This document shows positions 1-12,926 of a stretch of 64,000 nt of DNA, in pieces. Origin of the DNA: Amphiscolops sp. MND2022 (Eukaryota). How positions within the stretch are numbered: position 1 is the first letter of the stretch; each line of letters opens with the position of its first letter. The stretch covers positions 4,156,001 through 4,220,000 of the forward strand of contig OZ076409.1 in NCBI GenBank assembly GCA_964187785.1, read 5' to 3'. The notes under the pieces are model-generated. The model had not been told where the DNA came from. It saw only the letters and a program-made list of their open reading frames with translations, and did not search any database. Both the position numbers and the translations under genes were made by a program.

Positions 1-193
1 TTTCGTGTTCAATTTTTGTGTTTTCCATTTGTTCAAGAAAAGTTGGAGGTGTTTGTTCAGAAGTCTCGATATAGAGAACAGGAGAATCATGTAAAAGATG
101 TCTAGTTATGAGATCTGTTGGGGTTGTTTGTTCAAGCTGTGTTTGTAGATCAAGTTGTGCCTGTTTTTGTAAGTCAAGTTGTGCTTGTGTCAT
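1..193 (-). CDS. N-terminus of post-env accessory ORF (ORF4) of element A, truncated by window edge
   Basis: ATG at 193 reads MTQAQLDLQKQAQLDLQTQLEQ...FLEQMENTKIEHE, homologous to the element B ORF 19759-20448 (MEHTKVEHE...). Confidence 0.6.
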   Translation of the reverse strand, partial: MTQAQLDLQKQAQLDLQTQLEQTTPTDLITRHLLHDSPVLYIETSEQTPPTFLEQMENTKIEHE

Positions 194-466
194 TGTGTTT
201 AAAGGAAAAACATCAACAGTCACAGTGTTATCTATTTCAAGAGGCCTTAGCACTTTAAAGTTAAAGTACTTTAAATGACACTAACGAGTGGATTTATCAA
301 CGTTAGTTGAAGAGTTTTTGAAGACTGTTATGATGAGAGATGTGTTATTGGATTGAGGAAGATGAACTTCTGCAAGGGTTTCAAGCGGTGGAGGAGTAGC
401 AATTGTGAAAAGATGAAGTAGTAGGCGAGTGTGCAGGAAGAGAGTTTGCAAAAACTGAGAAAGTGT

Positions 467-3184
467 TCAAGAAGATGGAGGAGGAAAAGGATAGTTTATC
501 CGTGAATAGATTTTAATTGGTGTATCCGTAGTAGAGGTGACAAAATTGGTCATTAAAGTGTCATGTTGAGTAGTTAGATTGTCATTCGGATGAAAGTTTT
601 TATGAGTATAATTAGGAAGTGGAGGATGTTGAACAGGAAAGAAAGGAAGTGGAGCAGTTTTTTGGTGGGATTTGTGGTGTCGTTTCGGAAACAAGTTAAA
701 TTTAGGAAATTGAATTTTGTTTGGACGTTTAGTATAGAAAGGTGGAGGGGAAGTAACATCAGTAGAATGATTAATTAAAATTTTGAAGTGTCAATAAAAT
801 TATCTAAGGATTTGGATTTTAAAAGTGTACTTTTGGGTTTTTTGTTTTGAGTCTCATTGAGGTCATTGACCATTTGTGCTGTAAGAACTTTAAAAAAACC
901 ATGTGCTATGGAGTTAAAAATGGTAATATTTTTTTTAGATTATATTTAATAGATATTGTTTTGTAAAGTTTGACAATGAGTGTGAGAGTAGTTTGTACAA
1001 AAAGAATGTAGAAAAGTATATACCACATTGTGTGAGAATATAACAAGGGTATATATCCAAAAAGTGCAATAAAAGCATCTGAAAACCATGTAGGCGTAAA
1101 AAGAGGAGTTAAATTCAAGAGTTTATCATGTAGACCTATACGTAATGTATTGTAAGGATTACCAGACTCTTGAGGGGAATCTGCATCATAATTAGGAGTA
1201 TTAGATGAAATGAAAGAATAGCTAAGAGCTTTGCCTAGTAATTGAAGTGTAGAATCAGAATGTTTAGAAAATAAAAAACGATTCCAAAATTGGTCAAGTT
1301 CTGCATTAGAATATATACCAGCATCTTGAGCTGTAAAAGTGTTAGGGCGTATTGTAGTTTTAATTTGTGAAGGTGTAAACATTAGTGGAGGTTTGCGTTT
1401 AATAGGTTCAGGTCCAAGAATATAAAAATCTTGATCATCTGAATCAGGATCTAGTTCAATAATGTTACGTGGATTATTATCACATGTAATTGGTGTAGCA
1501 TAGTCATAAGTTTGTCTTGTAATGGGATCAACGTACATTAAGGTATCTTTATATGTTTAAAATGGATAGGTATACGATCAAAGCATCGATCAGCTTTGTA
1601 TAAAAAAGATAAAAAATGAAGACAGTCATAAAGCCAGGCGGTTGAGCCTTCAATGTATAAGAAAAAACTTCGATAACCGGTTAAAAGAAAACCAGCAAGT
1701 TGAGGGTTTTGTACTGACATTGCGAGTATTGTAAGAAGTTGATTTCGTTCTAATTCACATATTGTATGAAGAGTATTTAGTTCTTGTACTGTCATTGATC
1801 TAAAAACATGGTTAATAGTGTAATCTATTTTCGTGTTTATATGTGCGTCATAATCAATGGTAGCAAAGTTGTTTGAAACATTAAATGCAGGAAATATAAA
1901 TTTGTTATTTGAAGTGTCCAAAACTATTTTACCAGAAATATATTCATCAATCATAGAATGAGGATTGGGTTGTCCTGTATGCATATTGAAACCATCAGTG
2001 CATGTAACAAAAAGGTCTGAATATTGTGTAGAATAAAGAGGGTCTGGTTTACCACAAAAGGTTTGTGCTGTAGTAAAAACTTCAAATCTTGAAAGTCTTG
2101 GGTTATTTGGATGTTCTGTATGAGGAGCATAAACATAGGGATGTTCTGTACCTTTGATACCAGAAGTTGTTTAATGTTTTATTGACTGTGGAGAATGTAC
2201 AAAAGAGTCTGTTTCAATCCAATATCTATCTTCAATTTTAGTCATACGGCCAATGAAGTCTTGTAATGTGAAAATTAGGCCATAGTCATCATTGAACCAA
2301 ACAAGAGTAAAAGGGGTTTTCGTTGTGGGTTTACAAAAACCATCTGCAAATTAGCAGGGTAATGTTTGTCCATCGATTATCATGTCATTAGATGTGTCAT
2401 TATACGTAAGTTCTACTTCAGAAATTTCTAATCGCCAACTAACTAGGTTGACTTCGAATTGGTGTTGAGCAGGACAGTTATGATAAGGGTTTTGAGTAGG
2501 GTAATATATCCAGTCTTTATCGGCAGGCATAAATGTAAATGTACCTGTGTACATTTTGTTCAATTGGTATACAGTGAAAGGAGTTTGATATTGTTCCAAT
2601 CGTTCTTGAAAATAATGGTCTTCTAAGAGTGTGAAAGGTTTATTGTAGTGGAGGTTGTTCAATATATTATCATTTGTACCATTTAGATGTCTTATAATGT
2701 TTTTACATTCTAATGGATCAAGAGTAACAGGAAGCGGTAATGTATTATGATTCCATACCGTTCTATCAACACGACGGTATTTTACGGAACCTTGAAAGCA
2801 TATTTTCCTTTCTTTCTTTGCATAAGCAACACATTTAAAAGCTTTGATGCGTTTAGCTTTTGCTCGGACATATACACGGGCTTTAACACTTGCGTGTTTA
2901 ATGTCAGAAGGAGCTTCAGTGCATTGTTTCACATTAAGTAAGTTAAATTGTCTCAAATTATGTTGTTTTGCACAGTCATAATGAGAAACCATGAGATTTG
3001 TAATATTTGGATCATCCGATGGAAGATAGTTTTCTGTGTCAGAGGGTGTTATGTGTATTGAAAAGGTGAAGTTAAATAAGTGTAAAAAGAGTATCAGAAT
3101 TGTTTTATATGAGGATGTAAGGAGTTCAAAAAAAGGTAGTATATTTAAGACCGGAGTATGGGTTACAGAATATGATTTTGCCAT
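467..3184 (-). pseudogene. env: env-like glycoprotein of element A (class III fusogen-like), frameshifted, ~900 codons
   Basis: Hydrophobic signal-like stretch, then SHYDC..QC..FKC..IC..LECK, core HTICELERNQLLTILAMSVQNPQLAG, WLYDC..RCFDRIPI..VDPITR..ITC, a TM segment and a long tail. Reconstructed from ORFs 2351-3223, 1538-1984, 906-1538 and 467-694. Confidence 0.85.
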
Positions 3185-4762
3185 AGGTGATAGTAGGTAT
3201 ACTGAGGTCTCGTTCAAAATCAATGTGTACTACTTCAAAAGGAGCAGGAGAAGTTTTATGTTCTATCTTCGAGACGTGAAATATTGGATGTGGATTTAAA
3301 CCTTGAAACTTGACTTTGACTTCTTCAAATTTGAGTTCTAGATTCGGTGTCTGAAGGCGGTTTAGTTCTGTTTCCTTTCTTTTGTGAGATAAGAGATCGT
3401 TGTTTGTAATGAAGCGTTCTGCAAGGATAGGAAACCTAGGATCGTGCTGTGGGTCGTAGATGGTTATACCATCGACTCTAAGAGGATAGTCTGCCAAATT
3501 TGGAGTTGGAGGTCTGGATTGATCTGCAGTATAATATTCAGGTATTCTAATATGTGCGGGAACAGGAGTGGTATTATAACTTCTGGGAAAAGATTTCCGG
3601 AAAGGAATGCAGTCTGAGCGTCTGAGGAAAGTAGAGAAGCGGTTTCAAAACCAGATGTAAAATATGGAGAAGGTATAAAGTCAGAAGATTTTGTTTCAGA
3701 AGACAACGGTTGTGCGTGTTGTCGTAGAAGTCTTATAGTAGAATTGCTAGAAAGAGCAGATAGGGTAAGTGTAGAAGTGTCTGTACTAAGTCTGCGTGAA
3801 GGAAGATCTCGAAGATTATATCTATGATGTGGTACAAAAAGTGAGCATGTTGTATCTTGTGATGGAGTGTATTCTGATGTATTGTCTAAGAGAATTGATA
3901 GTGATGAAGAAGGTTTTCGAAGAGGTTTTAATGGTGGATAAAGTTTTGAAGAAGTAGTACTAAGTTCTGATGGTAATTTCAGTGAAGGTAATTTGTATGT
4001 TCAGTATCAGGGATTTGTACAAGATTAGGTTGAGGTTGTAGTCTAACAGTTTTGATAGCTGTAGGATGTTTGTAGTTTACGTATTGTTCAACACTTTCAG
4101 GGTTTGGTATGTGTACTAGAGGTTTATTAAATGGGGTTTGTTGAGTACGAGTGTTTATAGGTATTTCAGTTATAGGTGGTCGATAAAGGAGTGATGAAGA
4201 TGTTGTTTCAGAAACGTATGATCTTGGTCTTTTAGAAGGAGTAGTAGGAGTTACATTACTAGAGTTTGTAGTGTTTGATACTGAAGATTCAGGAGTAGAA
4301 GGAATACTTGGAGCTGATGGAGATCTATCAGAGGAAGAATCCAGAATTCTTGAAAAGTTTTCAACAGGTTATCTTTGAGATAACTTGTTATTGATTATCT
4401 TTTAGTCAGCTGTAGTGACTAGTTTTGAGTGAGCCAGTGGATAGAATGATGAGGCTACAGTTTTGAGGGTGTAATAAAAAACTATATTCTAATTTGGGTT
4501 GTTGTCGTGGTTTATAAGTAGTTTTAGTAGTTCTGTGAATTAGAGGAGGAAGTGAAGTTGTTTGGTGAAGAAGAGTGTCTTGATTTGTCACTAGGGATAT
4601 TAGTGTGAGGGGTGTTAATTATATGCCTATATAAGGAGTTGTCATTGGATGAGGAAGTTAAAGACTTGTCATTGGATGTTGTAGATGGTGTATTGTGATT
4701 GGACGTACTAAATGATGATGGTGTCACAAATGTTTGAGAAGAATTATCTGTTGTGGATGGTG
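3126..4762 (-). pseudogene. Post-integrase S/T/P-rich tail plus unknown globular domain X
   Basis: Low-complexity reading frames after IN including an RYNLR motif (~3820); the frame stays open into 3706; domain X (ADYPLRVDGITIYDP...LKYTTFF) ends at 3126. Confidence 0.55.
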
Positions 4763-6040
4763 TCATGAATGTTTGAGAATCTTCGTCTGATAAGGATTCG
4801 TCTGAGTTAAAAGAGAAGAATCACTGTTTGCATATTTGGTAGGTTGTGGAATTTGGAATTGCGTTGTGTCTGAAAAGCGCATGAAACTACGCAAATGTGG
4901 ATATAAGAGTGGTTCGTTTGGATAATATTGAATTAAATGATTTCTTTGAACATGTATTGTAGAGCCATCTTGTGCAAGTAGTTCATATGTAACATCTGAT
5001 AGTCTATCAAAAATTTTGTATGGTCCAATCCGAAGGGGTTTTAGTTTGTCAGAAAAATGTACGTGTTGGAAATTGCGTTTTAAAACAAAGGTGCCAATAG
5101 GAAGGGGTTTACCTTCGTGGTAAGTTTTTGTAATGTATGCGTGTGAATTAATTTTTCGTAAAGTGTTTTCGTATACTGTAGGATAAATTTGTAACATAGC
5201 AGTTTCTACAGCGAGAAACCAATGGGGAATGGGTTTTGAAAGTGTTTCTTTAAAAAATGGGTTAAGAACTGATTTATCATAGTGGGAGTGTTCTGGAAGT
5301 TGAGAGCAATAGCGTGAAATACATGTTTTAGAGGTGTCTCTATTAAGATTTAAATCGAACGTAAGGGGTATTCTGGGTCTGGTGTGGAAAACAATTTCAT
5401 GAGGAGAAATACTGAGTTCTGAAAGTGGTTGTGAATTATGTGCATAAGCGTACATATGGACTTGGAATGCCCAATCTTTAGGTGTGTCATGTAGGAACAT
5501 TCGTAGATGTGTACCAAGATTTCTGTTTTGTACTTCGACAAGGCCCTTTGTCCAAGGAGAGTAAGCTGTTCTAGGAGAATGACGAATTCCCATTAGTGTA
5601 CAAAGTTGTGCCATTTCTTTATTGACATATTCTGATCCACGATCAGTAACAAGATATATGGGTGGTCCAAATTTAATAATCCAATGGTGTAAAAGAGTTT
5701 TGATAGCAGTCTTTGCGTTGTTTGATTCGATGGGTACTGTAACAACAAAGTGACTAAAAGCGTCAATTATGACATGTATATATGATTTGTTGTGGGAAGG
5801 AGGATTAATAGGTCCTTTAGTATCCATTGACTTGCGGTAATTGAAAGATGGAGCATGTTCTGAAAAGGATTGTGTAGGAGCAGTTTGAATTTTCATGTTG
5901 AAATGTTTATTGCGTTGACATTCAATACAGTCGTGTATAAAAATGGAAAGCCATTTTTCAACAAATGGAATGTAGTAATATTGTGCGAATGTATTATATG
6001 TAATTTTGATGCCTGTATGAGAGTGTTCATGAAGTTTGTT
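4763..6040 (-). pseudogene. pol: Integrase of element A
   Basis: HEHSH...DCIEC zinc finger at ~5910-6040; MDTKG, VTDRG and GLVE with exact D-35-E spacing; GPY module (IGPYKI...TYEL). Confidence 0.95.
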
Positions 6041-6949
6041 TAAAACAGTTTTGAAGAGTCGAAATGGAAGACATATTCGAATAATAGCGCGTACAAAATC
6101 TGGAGTAAAAGATTGATTTAGAGTAGTAGGGTGTTTATTATAAAGGCTAATAAGATTTGTGGAGTCATCTATAAAAAGTTCTGAAAATCTTTTGTAATAG
6201 GCATGTAGGAAAGGAGTGCCAGTGATAAGTGGTGTTAGAGGTTCAGGTTTTTCATTTTTATTGATCCAAGAATAAACAGTTCTAAGAACCGGATCTTGGG
6301 ATTGTTGTTGTTGAAGTGTTGTTATGTCTAATGAGTAATCATCTGGGAGAAAAAAACCTTGAAAACAGTTTTTGTACTTGAAAAATGATGTATCATAGAA
6401 AGGTATAATCTGTGGACAATGTGTGAGAGATGGGAGATTTGGTTGTACATTTATTGCAGAAACAGATTTTTGTGAAGTATTTCGGGTTAATTTGTTAAGA
6501 GTAGAATAGTTTTCTGTTTGTAATGTTGTGTCATGTAAGAAAGAAGAGTCAGATTTTGGAATTCTGGTATATATATATATATGATCTTCATCATCACTTG
6601 TAATGTCAGTATCATTGAGTAAAAGAGATTGTTGATGAAATGTTTTATTGTTCTTTTTTATAGGTGTTTTGAACTTGGTTTGAAAAGGAGTTATAGATTC
6701 GAATGAAAAGGATTGTAAAGGTTTAACAACAATGTCGTTTCTTTTATCATTGATACGAATAGAGAATTGATCTGTACCATAATCAGCAAGGATGGGGTGA
6801 GAGTCATTTTTTGATGAGGTAGGATTTCTTCATGTTTAATTAAGTAATGTACAGGTTTAAGAGTGCCATCTTGTAGAAGTGCAAAATCAATTTGTGGTGG
6901 AAGTTGTTTATGTTTTATTGGTTGAGTTGTAGTTCAGCTTTTGTAAGAG

Positions 6950-8500
6950 AGCGACTTAACATGTCGGCAACAGAGAGATTTTTTCCAGGGGTGTGAATTA
7001 TTTTGAGTTTTGAAACTTTGTTACATGCATTTGAGCTCTGTAAAAACGAGAACTAAGGTTACCTTTTTCTGCAAAACAATGTAATAAGGGTTTGTGGTCA
7101 GTAAAAATGTGTATTGGATGGAGAGAACCAATGATAAGAAATTCATAGATTTGAAGAGCATGTACTATATCAAGGAGTTCTCTATCAAGTGTGGAGAGTT
7201 TTTGTTCTTGAGGGTTGAGTATACGAGAGTTGTACGATATAACTTTCATTTTGTTTTGTTCATTTAAATGGAATAGGACAGCGCCTAATCCAATAAGGGA
7301 AGCGTCAACTGTAATAAAAAATGGATGTTTTGTATTTGGTATTGTAAGTTCTGTTTCAGAAGTGAGAGACATTTTAAGTTTTTGGAAAAGACTTTCGTGT
7401 TCGTCTGTCCATTTCCAAGGAGTGTTCTCATGTAAAAGATCGTAAAATGGTTTGAGATTAATATGTAATTTTTCAATAAATTTGGTGTAAAAATTGAGTG
7501 CGCCAAGGAAACTCATTAGGGCAACTTTGCCAGTTGGAGAAGGGATTTTATGGATAGCTGCAATTTTCGAATGGATTGGTTTAATTGTATTGTAACCAAT
7601 TTCATGTTCAAGAAATTTGACTTTGAGAAGCATGAAAAAGGATTGTGTTTTGTACTGATATATATGTAATTGTTCTATGAGTTGGAACATGTGTTCATTA
7701 GAGTCAGATAAAAGTAGTATATCGTCAATGTGAACAAGAGCAAAACCTTGTTCTATAAGAGTTTTAAAGAAGGTAGACATTTGTTTTGTAAAGAAGTTTG
7801 GGAGTCTTTTGAGACCATAAAAGCCTCGGATGAAAGTAAAAAGTTTATCTCCTGAGGAGAAACTGGTAAGTTTAATAGTGTCTTCATCAAGAGGTGTATG
7901 TGCATAGGCATACATAAGATCAATAGCAGATTTGTACTTTTTGTTTGCGCGTGCTAATTGTGGAGCGAGAGGTTCAATAGGCCAAGATTCATCGGATTGT
8001 TCTGTATTGGAATTAAGATGTTGAGCGTCTAATACACATTTTATGGTATCTCCCTTGGGGATTATAATGAGAGGGTTTAAATAAGTTGTGCCATAGACGG
8101 GTTTGTCTTGTGGAGAGGAACCAATTTGTTTGATAATGTTATATTTTTCGAGTTCTTTGAGAAGTACATTAAGTTTGTTTCGATAGTGAATAGGGACTTT
8201 AGAAGGACGTTGTGTCATAAGTTGAGCATTAGGTTTAAGTCGAATACGGAAGGGTGTTGAAATTTTTCCAACATCGTTTTCATGAGTTGCATAACATGTT
8301 TTATACTTGAGTAACATATTGCAAAGAGTAATGTATTCGGTGTCTGTAAGGTCAGAAAATTGGAAGTTAAATTTATTAATAAATTTCAGATTTTCAGAAG
8401 TGTATGGTAGAGAAGGGAAAATGCGTTTTTCGGAAGTATGAGAAGTAGGCTGAACGTTATATAAAGGAGAAGTTTGATTTGGAATGTCATCATTTGTCAT
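6950..8500 (-). pseudogene. pol: Reverse transcriptase and RNase H of element A
   Basis: AIDLMYAY, RGFYGL, HIDD (YIDD mutated), RNase H motifs TVDASLIGLGAVL, DRELL, FTDHKPL and ADMLSR. Confidence 0.95.
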
Positions 8501-8630
8501 TTAAATTTGATGTAAGGAAAATTGAGGAGGAGGGGTTGTAGGATCATCGTATTGTACAATATAGTTAGTTTGTGGAACTGGTTCAGTGATTTCAGGATGG
8601 TAGGTATAAGTAACATTATGTATAAAAGTG

Positions 8631-10760
8631 TTAATATATAACTTGGAAGAATTTGGGTTTTTCATTAGTAATTGAAACTTCAATGTATCCAATATGTCCT
8701 GTAGGTAGTGTTGCAACATGTTTCGAGGTGTTTTGGATGATAGTTGCACAAATATCTGGTTTGTCATCAGTGAATACTTCAATAAAATTGAAATTTGTAC
8801 GAATTGTAGTAGCAAAATAGGTATGAGGTACTGAAGGGAAGAAGTGGTTTTGTGGTGTAGTTGTAAAATGGAGGTTATGATAATTTTTCATTGGAAAGTG
8901 TGCAATTTTGAAGACTTGGGTCTTAGACGTATTTGAGTCTTTGAATTAATTCTATAAATGTAAAAGAAATTTGGATAATTTTTAGATAGGACTGTTGTGA
9001 ACTTTGCATAATTTGGGTGTGTTTTTGATTGGTATTTGAATTCGAGTGTAAAGTCTTGTATGTTTATGTTTTGTATATTGTCTTCAAAGAAGGGTGTACC
9101 AAGAATATTGTACTTGATATCGGCTACTGCAAAAGGTACTGAAAAGTAACGAGAATTTTTGTCAATAGTGGTGCTCAAAATTATATTTGCATAATGTAAA
9201 ATAGGAACTTCAGTTTGGTTTGCAACGGTTAATGTTTTGGAATTTCGAGTTGGTCCAACATCAGAATTGTGATTTGATTTGATATCCAAAAGTTTGGTAA
9301 GAGTTATGTATGTTGGGTAATTTAATACAGAAATGGAAGCACCGCTATCTAGAAGGAATGCAATTTCCAATCTAGATGGGTTGTCCCTTTGTACTATACT
9401 TGATGGTGTATGTACATATAATGAATAAAACCAACTTGTAGGTGTGACAGCATTTGCCATTGCTGTTGGGTGATACATGTGTACTTCAAATTTTATAGGG
9501 TCAGATTGGTCTCGTTGTTGTATCATATTAATTTTGTTTCTGGAATTGGAGTGCGAGCGAGATCTAGAAAATCTAGAGTCTCTTGGTCTTGAAGGTGGTC
9601 TGTATGAATTTGTATATTTTGTGAATTTGTTGTCTCTGGAATAGGAGCGTGATCTGTATCTGGGACGAGAGTTGTGTCGATATGGGGATCTATATGAAGA
9701 TCTGTAGGGAGAACGGTAGGACCGGGAATCACGTTTGTATGTATCATATCGTGATCTAGAGTAGTGTGGAGGAGTAGTACTTTTGTCATAACTAAATCTA
9801 TCTCTATCTCTAGATGTAGAACGGTATCGATTTTGTGAATAGTTTTTATTGTAAGAGTTGTCTCTTGAGGTACTTCGACTTCGGTATCTATTATCATAGT
9901 GTTTTGTTCTATCATTGGAAGGAGAACGGAAGTACTGTACAAAAGATTTTTGTGGAGATTTAGTTTGAGCATATGCTTCTCGTTTGTCTTCATCATCTCG
10001 TTGTTTTTTGAAACAAGCAGAAATGGAATGATTTGTTCTATGACAGTATGAGCAATATTTCTTATATGCAGGTTTAGTTTTGTTATTTGGATCTTTCGGT
10101 TGTGTAAACATAAGTTGTTCTTGAGATGAAGGGTCAAGAGTTTGAGTGTTCAATTGTTTTGTAATATAATTAATTTCAAGTGCAAGATCATGTGTTCTGA
10201 TTTTGTCGTTTGCAAAATCTTCAGCGTCAACAAGTTTTGTTAATGTATGAAAAGGAATTGAAGGTTCTAAAACAGTGGAAGTGTGTTTTACTTGCCTTTT
10301 GATGGCAAAGTCTTTAAGATTTTTTGGAAGTCCTTTTGTAAAGATTTCATTACATTTAAGGTTATTAGTGGATGCATTCTCATTACACCAGCCTTTTTCA
10401 ACCAGCTGTTGAACTTTGAGTGCAAAATGACGTACTGTTTCATTATCTTTCTTGCTTAAATTAAGGGCTTCAACTTGAGCATAATAAGCGTTCTTTTGTG
10501 AGGAAAATTGTTTTTTTGAAAGCTTGTACAAAAGCGTGCCAATCGTACTTGTAGGTGTCGTTTAAACGAATGTATCAACTAAGTGCTGTACCTGTTAAAG
10601 AGCATTGTATGAAAGCCATGCGACGAGCGTGCCAAAATTTATAATCATGTTCTGATGTAGGTTGTAAACCTAAGGAAAATGTAACACGTGCGTCAATATG
10701 CTGTAAATATTCTTCAGGTGTATAATTATGATCTAGTCCATCAAAAGGTTTAATGGGTTC
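8631..10760 (-). pseudogene. gag: Gag capsid, CCHC knuckle, RS-rich tract, aspartic protease and post-PR beta domain of element A
   Basis: IKPFDG..EEYL, LTGTAL, F.KGLP capsid motifs; CSYCHRTNHSISAC; LLDSGAS and NILGTPF in the same frame as Gag (ORF 8888-10531). Confidence 0.93.
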
Positions 10761-12658
10761 TGATATAGAAGTAGAAGAGTTGATATATGTTGGGTGTGAT
10801 ATAGTATTATGAGATATAGTAGATGGTGGTGTTGTATTGTAAGTGGGATTGTTTGAAATATTAGTTAAGGAAGTAGTAGAAGTGTTATGAAAGTGATGGT
10901 TGGTTCTAATTGTTGTTGTAGGAGGATTTTGTATTTGAAATTGAGAAGTTTGTAATGTAGGTGTGATTGTATTAGGCGTATGTTGAGAAGAGGGAGTGTT
11001 TAATGAATTGGGTCTGTTGTAATTTATCTGAGATTGTTGTGTATTACTTGGATTAGTACTTGTGAGACTGTACGATAATGGATTAGTTAATATAGTTTGT
11101 AATGGAGGTCGAAAAAGTTGTCTGGCAGTGGTGTATTTAAAGGATGGGTTGGAATGAATGGTATTAATTTTTAAGGTAGGTTGTGTAGTTTGTACTGGGT
11201 TACTTTGAGCTGGAGTATAGGTTGAAGTTTGTATTTCAGAAGGTGATGATGGCGTTGGTGTTTGAAAATGTACTGTATTGGTGTTTTGTGTAATATTGTG
11301 TGTATTTGATGAGCTTTGTTGAGGAGAATCATGGGTGTTTATCTGAGTTGAGAACTGAGGTGGAACAGATTGTGGATTATAATTTAATTTCGAGGAGATA
11401 GTACTTGTGTCTGAGAGGGTTGTGTTATATTAGTATTGGATGTAGATAAAACAGAGGTATTGTCTGGATTTGTAGTTAAAGTGTTGTCTTGGTTTTGGTT
11501 GTTAAATTCGTTTTGTGGGATATTGTGGGTAGAAATTAGTATAAGATTTGAATCATCAGTTATTGTAAAACTTCGTGTATTTTGTACAGTTTCTTCAGAG
11601 AATTCTGATGTATCGTGAATTGTAGTTGTTTCAGAAGGATTTGGTTGTTGTATATCTGAGATTTGTGATAGTGGTGGGTATAGTGGCTGTTCTTGAGGAG
11701 GATCAGAATTTTGAAAAAGGTTAGTAATGGTTTCTTGTTCTGATTGTTCTGATTGTTGTCTAGTATATAAATGTTCAACATTAGAGGTTTGTTCTTCAGG
11801 AGTAGTTTCAGGAGAAGTATCGGATGTAATAAAAGGTCGGTTATCTGATGTTTCAGCATGTTTAAGCAAAAAGTTGTGTTCTAAGTTTATTTGTTTAAAA
11901 TGTGTAACACTAAATGATGTAAGATCTCTGTAGTGTAAATGTTTGTTTTCATTTTTTATTATGTATGGTAAAAGTTCTATGTGTGTTAGTATTTGAGGGA
12001 AGTTAATGTAAGCTTGTTGATCTTTTTGTTCCCAAAGTAATTGATAGTTAAATCTAAGAAACTTTAATAGGAAATGAGTAAAAATTTTGACTTGAGGTAG
12101 AGTGTCATCCGTAAAAATAATGTTGTTAAAGAATCTGTATTGAAAATTTTTTATTTGTAAGATATCTCGTTGTAGCCAATAATGAGGGTTATCATGTGTT
12201 TGAACTTTTGTGTCAAGATCGGGGACCTCGAAATATTCAGATCTGTGTCTTAGTTCTTGTAGGTGAGAAGGACGATAAAGTGGTGTGTCTTGGTTTTCAT
12301 TGAATTCAATCAGTTTTTGCATGTATGTGCGAAAAACATCTTGTAAAGAAAGGGTAATATTTTGTGGGTGAATGGTTCTATAAAATGTTCCAGAGTTTAT
12401 TCCTTTAACTGGGTTAAAAATTACTTGAAAAGGAGTTTGTGATGATGTTATTTCAAGTGTTTTATATCGAATGTAATAAAGGTAAGAATCACAATGTCCT
12501 CGTGCCAATGGAATAGTATGTACTGTATGGGGTTCTGTTTCGAATGGAAGTGGATTTGAGTACTGAAAGATGATGTTATTTAGGAAAGGTGTTACATTTT
12601 GTATAAGAGATCTATTTTGTCTTTTTTCTGTAGTTAATGTAAATGGAGTGGGAAGCAT
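10761..12658 (-). pseudogene. Long N-terminal Gag extension: conserved ~280-aa domain plus S/T/Q/P-rich linker
   Basis: ORF 11384-12658 is conserved with B 26290-26985. Comparison with B (SPRQNYDPP) shows the stop at 11384 comes from a frameshift, so the frame originally continued towards the capsid. Confidence 0.75.
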
Positions 12659-12673
12659 TATATGGTATAAAGT

Positions 12674-12907
12674 TTAGTTAGTATAATAAGATTGCCATAA
12701 AGGATAGATGTATTGGAAAAGAAGATATTTTGTATTAAATTGTGAATTATATGGTAATATTTGGTCTATGAATACAATGTGTAAGAAAATTGTAAGTACT
12801 GTACTTAGGAAAAGAAGAAATGGATTTTGTGTATATTGGATAAGTGTATAAAAGGTGTGGTAAATACTAAGGAGTCCAAAAAGAGGTAGTACTATACTTG
12901 TTAACAT
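12674..12907 (-). CDS. uORF2: 77-aa hydrophobic peptide with two probable TM helices
   Basis: Intact in A and in B (27077-27307) with the same start and stop and mostly conservative changes. Confidence 0.7.
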   Translation of the reverse strand: MLTSIVLPLFGLLSIYHTFYTLIQYTQNPFLLFLSTVLTIFLHIVFIDQILPYNSQFNTKYLLFQYIYPLWQSYYTN

Positions 12908-12926
12908 AGAAGGAAAAGGTTGTACT

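Noticed and set aside
6950..8500. Foamy-virus (spumaretrovirus) assignment from NKKYKSAIDL-like RT similarity and accessory ORFs
   Set aside because: A CCHC Gag, Gypsy-type RNase H directly after RT and a non-retroviral env argue against it; phylogeny is needed.
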